A DNA stretch of 20,000 nucleotides from Peribolospora baueri. Its lineage: Eukaryota. The stretch is taken from NCBI GenBank assembly GCA_029717555.1, contig JAMDHS010000092.1, forward strand, positions 61,247-81,246, in the 5' to 3' direction. Under the pieces are notes generated by a model. The model searched no databases. It saw only the letters and a program-made list of their open reading frames with translations, and was not told the origin of the DNA. The position numbers and the translations under genes were made by a program. Of this stretch, positions 1 to 9,193 are shown piece by piece. The stretch's first letter is position 1, and every line of letters begins with the position of its first letter.

Positions 1-79
1 GCACCACAATAACAGTTGACAAGGAAGCATTGCATTCCACAAAGCCTCAAACGAGACGGACCAGCGCATCCGTCGCCAC

Positions 80-3000
80 CTAGTAGAACCGCCCCCTACC
101 GCGACCTGATCGACCGACAAGCGTGCAAAGGACAGCGTTAGATGATGAAGCGATGCGATAGAAAAAAAAAAGACCGATTCGGCTCACCCCTTCTCCTTCC
201 CCTCGGCGGCGACGCCCCATCGAAGCGTCCTCGTCCGGTTGGCCCGCCACCACCGAAGTTGGCGAGCGAGAAGGCGCGACCGCCACGACCGGGCGGAGCG
301 GTGGGGGTGGGAAGGGACGATTGACGGAAAGTCTCCATCAGGTCTTCCGGCTTGAAGGTAGGCCCTGAGAAAGCAAGTAGGTTCAAAAAGCCATAGCGGA
401 TGCATCCAGTCAGCCTTACCCAAGGTCGAACAAAGCCGAGGTCAAAAGACAGAAGCAGCTTACCATCAAAGCTGGATGCCGTGGGCAACAAGCTCATGAA
501 GAAAACCACCGCCTCCGGAATGTCGCCATACGCATTTCTTTCCTCAGGGGCCTTGCTCGCCTCTGGTCTGCCACTGCCACCGCCACCGCCGACGGCGGGA
601 CTCGAACCGCGCTTCCTCGTCCGGTCGAACCCACCTCCCCTTTCCGGTGAGGGGGTCGACCGTCGATCTGCCTTGCGACGCTTTGCAGCTGGCTCCGCCT
701 GAGCACGATCTGCTTCCCCTTCCGAGTCGGCGTCCTTGGACACCTTTTGGGCCTGACCATTCCGAGGGGTCTTCCGATGCTCGTCCTCATTAGCCTGTCC
801 GTACCGTGCAGGCTCCACAAAGCTATCATCCGAATGTGACTGGTCCAGGCCTCTGTCCCGGGTGCTTATAGGGTCCAAATCGAGGTATGAATGACGGTCG
901 GTGAAACGGTCAATGTGAGGCTCTACAGAACGGAACAGCGAGAGCGAGTTAGTATAGATCTGCAAGCGGACATCCTCAGAATCCGATCTGACCTCATTCA
1001 CATACCTTCAGGGTACGCTTCTGCCAATCGATCCTCGAGTCTCCTGGCTGCTGTTGCATCACCGAAGTGAAACTCGTACTCGGACCAGCGCTCCCATACA
1101 AGCCGCGCCTGCTCCGGCGTGAAAGTCCCGATCGTACGTTCGAACAATGCTCGAGCGTCTACGACCGATACACAAGTCCACGTGAGCGCCACATGTCACG
1201 TAAACCAAGCAGAGAGGAACAAGACCGATACAAAAAAAAACACCCAAACGCTCACTGTTGTCATCGTTGATGTTGATCAAAAAGTCCAGATACCGGACGA
1301 CAAATTGCGAGTCACCCTTGCCGACGTTGTTGAGACCGAGCTCATACACTTTCGTGGCTATCGTTTGATCCTTCGAGCAGTGGTACTCCATCATCGCTGA
1401 GGCGTCGTATACGTGCCAGGTGCAGTGGGGCGACTTCCGCGCCTTCCCGAAGATCGCTCGCGCAGGTTTGATGCCCTTCGAGCGGATGATAGATAAAGAC
1501 GATTTAAAGTCAGAGGCCGTCTTCATGCAGGATTGCTCCTTCATCCAACGGAGAATCATGTCCGTCGACACATAGTGGGACCAACTCACTTCAGCTCTCC
1601 TGACGAACCGTATCCACGCTATCCAGACCATGGCCCCGGCTTTCTTCTCTTCGTCAACCTCGACCTGTCTTCGTTGTCGAACCTCGGCTTTCTTTTCCTC
1701 CCGCCGCTCCACCTTCTTCCTCTCCTCTTCACGCTCCTCACCGGTCATAAGCTCCTCTTCACCACCTGCCGCGGTAGAGACGATACCGTCTTTGTTCTTC
1801 TTCGCTTCTTCGGCCTCGGCAACTTTAGCGGCTTCGGCAGCAGCTTCGGCGTCGATCGACCCTACCTCTTCTTCAATGCTTCGCTGGATGTGCTCGACAC
1901 CTTCATGGATCGCACCGACAAGACGCTCGAACACGGAGCTCACTTCGGGCAGAATAGTCGCCAGTGGCGAACCCATCGACGCCGCACGGGACTCAAGGAA
2001 GTCCACCAGGGCGAAGCCAAGAAGAGTGGACGAGGGACACGCTTCGATTCCTCCCCGCAAAAGAGCTATAGCCGCGTCCGCACGAGAAAGCCGGAACAAT
2101 GCCTGTGCGCCCATGTACCTGAGATTCAAACAAGCATGGTTGTCCAGGCGTTAACAGGGAAATACGGTGACGTCCTGTACGAATTTTAACTCACCAAACC
2201 TCCGGGAAGAATCGAACATGCATGGTCGCCACGTGATACGCCCACTCGATCCTACTCGCAAGCGCCTGTTGGTCCTCCAAGTCGAGCGGATTGCTCTCTT
2301 CCCACTTCAAGTACTTTTTCCAGTCTTCCACCGCTTCCTTCTCCTTGGCTGTCCAGGACGGCTTCGCAGGCGGTCGCGGCAACAAAGGTCGGTAGAGCCG
2401 GTCGGCGAGCTGACGCAATTCGCGAAGCGCCCCTCGTGCTGTCATGTACGCGGGCGAGCGCTCTGCAAGAAATTTTTTCGCCTGTTCGCGAAAAGAAAGT
2501 CGGTGCGGACGGTGGAAAAGTACCGAGACGAGGATAGGAACAAGATAATCGAAGGTCAGGTTGAAGCATTACCGGTTGGGCTCATCACAAATGGCGCCAA
2601 TCGAGCGGTCATAGCCAAATGAAGCTAGAATAGATGACTTGATACAGCTCTCGCGGGGCCAAGAAGTGTGGTTGACGTTTCCGGCGGCAACATGGTTTGC
2701 CATCTTCGCCTGCCAATGGGCTTAGAGACAATCACACGCTCGCACATGCAACTGCAACTCACGGTTATCCTGCTCAGTCCGTTTTCGAAGGCATCGTATT
2801 CACGCCATATTTGTTCGACATTGTTGAGCGGCAGGCACACAGCTCGCTGGTACAGCCGCCGTAGAGCATCCATCTGCTGCTGTTGCTCCCAGGTCCCCCG
2901 CGGCTACGCCATCCAAATAAACAAGTGAGCTTCAGAGCAGATCCTCTCGCAGGACAAAACATCGCTCCTTTTCCATTCCTTTGAATCGATCTGACAGACA

Positions 3001-3696
3001 TACCTCGCTCTCTTTAAGAAAATCAGCGTACTCGCGCCAAATATCGCCGGCGTCTTTGTCTCCACCGACATTTGCTAAAACATGGTCGTACGCCTTCGCG
3101 ACGGTATTCCGAGCCTCGGCTGCTTGGGGTCCCGAGCCTTGAGTGGGGTTGACTCGACGCACGTAGAGAATGTACAGCCGCCAGAGTGGCAGGTACGGCG
3201 TATGAGGCAGACATCGAGCGAAAATGGCTTCAACGGTAGGGAATTGTGCGAGGTCGAGATACATGGTAGCGTAGGACAGCCATTGTCGGCCCTAAAAACA
3301 AAACAATATCAAGGACGGGACCCGCACGTCTCGTTCAGGGTCAGTGATGCTGCCAACTAGGACAAAATCGTCACAGTTTCCGCCATCGTCTCGACTTAGA
3401 ATGAACACACTACTCACGGCATTGGGCCACACCTTGAAAAATTCTTCATACAGATCCCTGGCCGCTTCTACTTCCCCACGCCCCTGGTAATCTTCAATGA
3501 GGGCTAGCCATGCTTCACCGTCGAGCTTGTCCAGCTCGATCCTCTTTCTCAGCTGATCCAACCGCGATTGAGTCTGCGGTTGAGTCTGAGCCGGGCCAGG
3601 CACAACTTGGGAAGACTCGCTCGCAATCTGTGTCGCCTCAGCGGCGGCGGAGATGTCATTGGCATCCGGCACAGAAGGATCAGGGGTTGCGCTCAT
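80..3696 (-). CDS. RNA14: mRNA 3'-end processing factor Rna14 / CstF-77 (HAT repeat protein), ~852 aa, 10 exons
   Basis: Exons (minus): 3696-3418, 3291-3004, 2903-2763, 2481-2195, 2118-1590, 1475-1256, 1158-1006, 922-464, 364-188, 105-80; total 2559 nt. All introns are GT..AG. HAT/Suf-family motifs: [78 protein letters not shown]. Ends in an RG-rich tail. Confidence 0.95.
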
Positions 3697-3994
3697 TTGG
3701 TCGAACCTGGAGATGCTGGTGTGAACGACGTGACACAATGTTTGGCCGCTCTCGTCACAAAAGGGTGACCGAGTGGAATGCAGCACGTGATAAGCCACGC
3801 GTGGGAATCCCAACCATAACCCTAGAATAAGCCCCATCTACGCGCACGCTCATTTACGCGGTGATACAACGCGCACGCGTCCATCTCCTTCCCGCCTCCC
3901 ATCCCTTCGTCACGTCCACTCTCTAGCAGAGTCGACGCACTCTCGGTCCTCGCTATTCCTCTTCCCTTTCCTTCGGTCACGTTCACTATACAGG
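3697..3994. promoter_or_regulatory. Bidirectional promoter RNA14/MCM4 with MCB-like (ACGCGT) cluster
   Basis: 298 bp between divergent ATGs. Perfect ACGCGT at 3797-3802 and 3875-3880; ACGCG at 3840, 3856 and 3869; CACGTG at 3784-3789; pyrimidine-rich tract before the MCM4 ATG. Confidence 0.7.
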
Positions 3995-6900
3995 ATGTCT
4001 TCACCCCCGCCTGATCTGCGTTACACGGTCGATGTTGACATGGTCGACACCGCAAACGAGCTCGACCAGCTCGGGGCGGTCCAAGGCTCAGGAAGCCGAG
4101 ACTCATCGCCCGCTCAGCTCGATCAAGCTTCTCAGGCAGGAAACGGACAAGTCGACGGCATTCGTTCCAGCTCTCCGCTGCACTTTCCCAGCTCTAGCCC
4201 GACGAAGAGTGTGAGAAGCAATGGTGCGCCAGTGCCCGGAGGTGAGCACAAAAACGCTTGTACTGCCATGCGTACACGGCGGGCTTATGATGACTGACTT
4301 TTCCTCATCTTCTTTGTTCTCAGGCACATCATCTCCTCTTCATTTTCCCTCGTCCTCTCCGTCCCGTCCGATGGGTACTCACACGCCTAGGAGATCGTCC
4401 AACCTCAACCCCGGTCGTGTACCAAGCTCCTCGCAACAAGCGCGAGCGAGCTACTTTTTCGACCCACCTTCAAGCTCTCGGAGCATTGGCGGGAGGAACG
4501 GCACTGGGCCTATCCTCATAAACAACAATGAGTCACTCTTCTTCCCTACGTGAGTGTGTAAGTATAGGACTGCCACTACGAGTGACAACGGGCTGACACT
4601 TTCTACTCGTCCGTATTCGGTATACTAGCTCCGGAGGATCCACACCTCGTCGTAACCGCCGTGGAGAGATCCACTCTTCCGCTCCTTCGAGCTCCCCCTC
4701 GATGCTCCGGCGAATGAGGCACGTTAATCGAGGCCAAGAAAGGCCCGGTACGACCTCCGATGCCATGGAAGAAGACGGCCTTCCTTCCATCGGCGAGCTT
4801 CCCAATGTGCATGCCGCTGCCGAAGAGGTTCACTCATCAGATGCGCCTTCACTTTCTCAAAATGGTGGTACAACTAGCGACGGAGCGGAGGACCCTGGCG
4901 CCGTGCGTCGAGTCATCTGGGGCACCAACGTCTCCATCAGCGACAGCATTGTCTCTTTCCGGTCTTTCCTTCGCGAATTCCGCTCCAAGTATCGTCGTGC
5001 CTATGACCGACAGGAGAGCGACCCGCCAGCTCGCCCTTTGCGTCCGGAAAACGACGAGGACTTAGTATATGAAGGGTATCTCCGTCGCATGCGCTGGACG
5101 AGTCAGACAAACCTCAACCTTGATGCAACCAATCTTCTCGCATTTCCGCCGACTAAGAAGCTGTACTACCAGCTTTGGAACTATCCTCAGGAGATTGTTC
5201 CCATCATGGACCAGGTCCTCAAGGACACAATGATCGAGCTCGGCTGGGAGGATAGAGACGCAGGTAAATTTTTCGCCGAGGGACAGCAGGGCACTCAAGA
5301 GGAGGCCGACGCCATGATCGAGGAGATGGAGGGCACCTTCTACAAGGTTCGACCTTTCGGCGGCAAGTCGATCAATATGCGCGACCTAAATCCTGGTGGT
5401 GGGTACTGCTTTATTGCTTCCCATACTGCGTCGCTTTCCGAAAGGTGCTGTTTATTCATCGCGTACGGATGTGTTTTTGCAATTAGACATCGACAAGCTG
5501 GTCACTATCCGCGGTCTTGTCATCCGCGCGACACCCATCATGCCGGACATGAAAATGGCTTTCTTCCGCTGCCTAGTGTGCAATCACACCCTCACGAGAG
5601 AGATCGATCGCGGTCGCATCGAAGAGCCAGACCGATGCCCTCGCGACGTGTGCAACTCGCAGGGCACGATCAACTTGATCCACAACCGTTGCGAGTTCAG
5701 CGATCGGCAGGTCATTAGGTTGCAAGAGACGCCCGGTTAGTAGCATCCCTTCGTGTTCTGTTCACAGGGATTTCGCAGATCTTGACAGTTGCTTCACTTC
5801 CTCCGTGCAGACGCCGTACCCGACGGACAGACGCCTCACACTGTCTCCCTCGTCGTCTATGACGAGCTGGTCGATCTTTCCAAGCCTGGTGACCGTATTG
5901 AAGTGACTGGCATCTTCCGCGGAACTCCCGTCCGCCCTAATCCGCGCCAGCGTACGATCAAGAGCTTATTCAAGACCTTTGTGGACGTCGTTCACATCAA
6001 GCGGGGGAATGTGAAGAGGGTCGGTTACGATCAATCGACTCGCGAGGATGGCGGTGTGGAGAGGTCTGTTGGCGTTGGCGGAGAGGAAGACGAGGCCGCT
6101 GAGGCTGAAGCAGCGCGAGCCATGGGCGCCGACGGCGTTCGGGTCGGCGGTGACAGCAGCGAGCTCGAGGCTAAGCTCGTGGAGATTTCAAAGCGAGCGG
6201 ACGTATACGACCTGCTTAGTCGAAGCCTGGCGCCCAGTATCTACGAGTTGGACGACGTCAAACGCGGTATTCTACTCCAGCTCTTTGGCGGATCCAACAA
6301 GAGCATCTCGCGAGGTGGTGGAAGTGGAGGGCCCCGCTATCGAGGCGATATCAACGTACTCCTTGTTGGTGACCCGGGTACGAGCAAGTCGCAGATTCTG
6401 CAGGTGAGACGAAGTTGTCGCGCTGCGAAATTTGCTTGCCGATCACAGCAGTTGCTCACTGTAACGCCCTCGCACGTTCCGGCATCAGTACGTACACAAG
6501 ATCGCCCCTCGCGGTATCTACACTTCCGGTAAAGGCTCGTCGGCCGTGGGGTTGACGGCCTACGTGACGCGCGACCCTGACACGAAGCAGCTCGTACTAG
6601 AGTCTGGCGCCCTCGTACTCAGCGATGGAGGAGTGTGCTGCATCGACGAGTTCGACAAGATGAGCGACGCTACCCGAAGCGTTCTTCACGAAGTCATGGT
6701 GAGCCTCCAATGAAACCTGGTCTAGTACTTGCATTTAGCTTGACAGCGTTTTTGCCTCGGTCAGGAGCAACAAACGGTGTCCATTGCCAAAGCTGGAATC
6801 ATCACCACTCTTAACGCTCGCACCTCGATCCTGGCCGCCGCCAATCCCGTCGGGTCGAGATACGACCCACGCCAGCCTATCACGCGCAACATTGACTTAC

Positions 6901-7791
6901 CTCCGACCCTGATTTCTAGGTTTGACTTGCTCTATCTGGTGCTCGACAAGATCGACGAGGCGAATGACCGCAGATTGGCGAAGCACTTGGTTGGATTGTA
7001 TCTCGAAGACAGAATGGAGACTGGAGGCACTGACATTCTGGTGAGCCCCTATATCGTTGAAGCGACTCCACATCTCTGATGGCAGACAATTAACGCGTTC
7101 CTCCCGAATCTTGTTTCTGCAGCCTCTCGAAACGCTGACCGCGTACATCTCGCACGCTCGAACGCGCATCTACCCGATGCTTACTGAGGGCGCCTCGAAC
7201 GCCCTCGTTTCCGCTTACGTCCAGCTACGGAAGGTGGGCGAGGACCCCCGATCGGCAGAGCGGCGGATCACGGCGACGACTCGACAGCTGGAGAGCATGA
7301 TCCGCCTCAGCGAGGCTCATGCAAGGATGCGGTTCAGCGACACGGTCGATGTCCAAGACGTTGAAGAAGCGAGCCGACTCCTCCGCAGTGCCATCCAAGA
7401 GGCCGCCACAGATCCTATCAGTGAGCTTATTTGCCGTTCTATAACCGACTGTGTCTTGCAGGAACGTTTCGCTGACTGCTTGAATTCTTCGCTTCCCACC
7501 CGTCCAGCCGGTGCTATCGACCTCGACCTCATCAACACGGGTCACTCTCTCCATCAGCGCAAGATGCGCGGCGACCTGCGTCGCGAGGTGCTCAACCTGC
7601 TAGACTCGCCCGAGCACGCCGGCGCGAGGGGTATCCGGTATGCCGAGCTGGTCAAGGCGCTCGAGACACAGAGCTCCATCCCGCTTGACGTGCAAGAGCT
7701 CGGGGAGATAGTCAAGGCCCTCGAGGGAGAGGGGCTCGTCAAAGTCAGCGGAGAAAGGGACAGGAGGATGATCAGGAGGATTACCGGTTAA
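3995..7791 (+). CDS. MCM4: DNA replication licensing factor Mcm4 (Cdc54/Cdc21), ~1050 aa, 9 exons
   Basis: Exons 3995-4241, 4324-4549, 4629-5398, 5487-5735, 5811-6403, 6489-6698, 6765-7040, 7123-7420, 7508-7791; total 3153 nt. Mcm4-typical IWGTNVS and [19 protein letters not shown], zinc finger CLVC..CPRDVC, Walker [10 protein letters not shown], Walker B IDEFDKM, arginine finger SRFD, sensor-2 [18 protein letters not shown]-rich N-terminal tail. Confidence 0.97.
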
Positions 7792-8029
7792 GTCGAATGG
7801 CTCGACGACGACCGCTCGCGCAAGACGACGACAAAGGTCCTCCGCGCCTTATACCATGGTTCTTTCCCTTTTCTCTTCGGTCGATTGTGTAAACTAGCTT
7901 TGACCGATGTGTCTCCGCGCGCATGATAATACCGTCTATTGCTTCCGGACTCTTGTCTCTTCGAAGGACCAACGTCTTACGTCGTCTAGAAGTGCACCTG
8001 TCGACGGTAGCGTCATGCAGGCTTTTGGA

Positions 8030-8931
8030 TTATTTTGTTGATGGCATGGCGTATAGTTGCGTGTACATCCGCACGAGAGAATTGTATGCCACCATGTCAC
8101 CGGTTCGAAGCAGATTGGCTGGAGTAAGACAAAGAAAAGGGGCACAGGATGGGAAGGTGCGCATGGGGCCGAAGCACACCTAACCTAGTCAGTCAGTTCG
8201 TTGAACAGACGTCTGGAATAAAACAGATACGCTTTGTGCACGCTGGAGACGAGCGAAGGAGGGAGGGCAAACACGCACCAGCATCCACGTTCAATGGACT
8301 GCTCGCCTCTGGACTCTCTAGCAGGGCAACCACTGCCGTACATGCGGAGGAGAGAGTCCAAGCGGGAGACCATTGCGACTTGAGAACGTCGAGGCAGACC
8401 TCACCAGTCTGAGCGTGATGTTAACGTGGTTGAAGGGGTGCGGAGTGAGCGGAATATGGAGGGCCAACGCCGAAGAATTGACGGGAAAAGAGAGAAAGAA
8501 GCATCAACAAGGGAGGGCGGTTTGGGTCTGAGTTCACCTTCCAATGAATGTTAGGATGGAATACCCGCGTCCGGAAGTGCATAACGGGTGGTGCTATCGG
8601 ATAGTTGCTGGGGATTTGGATGGAGAGCTCAAAGGCGCCACCTGCTCGGTTCGGACCCAGACCTGCGGGTCAGCTAACGAGAGCTACTCTTCTTTCCAAA
8701 GCCGTCTCATTTTGCCTCCCAGCCTATGTCCAGCTCACCTTCGTATCCCTCCCCAACGCCCTTCACCCTCGCATACCACTCGAACAGGTCCCCTCCGTCA
8801 ACGTCCCAAGGCCTCAGCTCCAGCACGTCCGGGTTGGCATGTCGCCCGCCTGCCTCAGCTTGAATTGAGGCGTGCTCCTTGAGCAGCCGTCGCATCGCCT
8901 GTTGGGACGGACCTGGTGTGAACGGCGGCAT
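8030..8931 (-). CDS. PEX4: Ubiquitin-conjugating enzyme E2, Pex4/Ubc10-like, ~171 aa, 4 exons
   Basis: Exons (minus) 8931-8739, 8641-8538, 8408-8279, 8118-8030; total 516 nt; start context accgccATG. UBC motifs RRLLKE, YEGGAFELSIQIPSNYPIAPP, FHPNIHWKTGEVCLDVLKSQWSPAWTL (catalytic Cys), SPLNVDAANLLRTGD. E2 identity is secure. The Pex4 assignment rests on resemblance to fungal/plant Pex4 (HPNIHW.TGE.CLD, WSPAWTL, LLR.GD) and is less certain. Confidence 0.85.
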
Positions 8932-9193
8932 GGCGGTTTCAGGGTCGAACGTGCATTCACGGAATGCTGGTTGAATTGTGGAGTGATCGAGGATGGATCC
9001 GGTCCGGAGAGCAGCCGGGTGCGGATCGAGTAGCGTCACGTGCGCGGACGCGGGTCGCGTAGAATGGCGCGTGTCGATGCGCATGCCCGGACTTGGACAA
9101 GAATGGAGAGGCACATCACCTCCGCCTTGCCCTCGTCAAAGACTTCACGGCTCCTGTATATAGGACCATCGCCTTGCCGGGATGCCCGCCCCC
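8932..9193. promoter_or_regulatory. Bidirectional promoter E2/CHK1 with CGCG cluster
   Basis: 262 bp between divergent ATGs. CACGTG 9037-9042 is followed by CGCG cores: GCGCGG 9042-9047, ACGCG 9048-9052, TCGCGT 9055-9060, GCGCGT 9067-9072. Confidence 0.55.

Noticed and set aside
1533..2189. Plus-strand ORFs antisense to RNA14 exon 5
   Set aside because: Shadow frames of a charged, repetitive coiled-coil-like coding segment.
2550..2580. TPP riboswitch-like words (GGTAATGC, AACCTGA) in RNA14 intron 3
   Set aside because: The motifs are in the wrong order, the CUGAGA element is missing, and the host gene is unrelated to thiamine.
3697..3837. N-terminal extension of RNA14 from the ORF track
   Set aside because: It runs through the MCB-containing promoter. 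The ATG at 3696 gives a sensible start.
8932..9114. N-terminal extension of the E2 ORF
   Set aside because: It overlaps the shared promoter and has no UBC similarity. The ATG at 8931 has good context and gives a normal E2 length.
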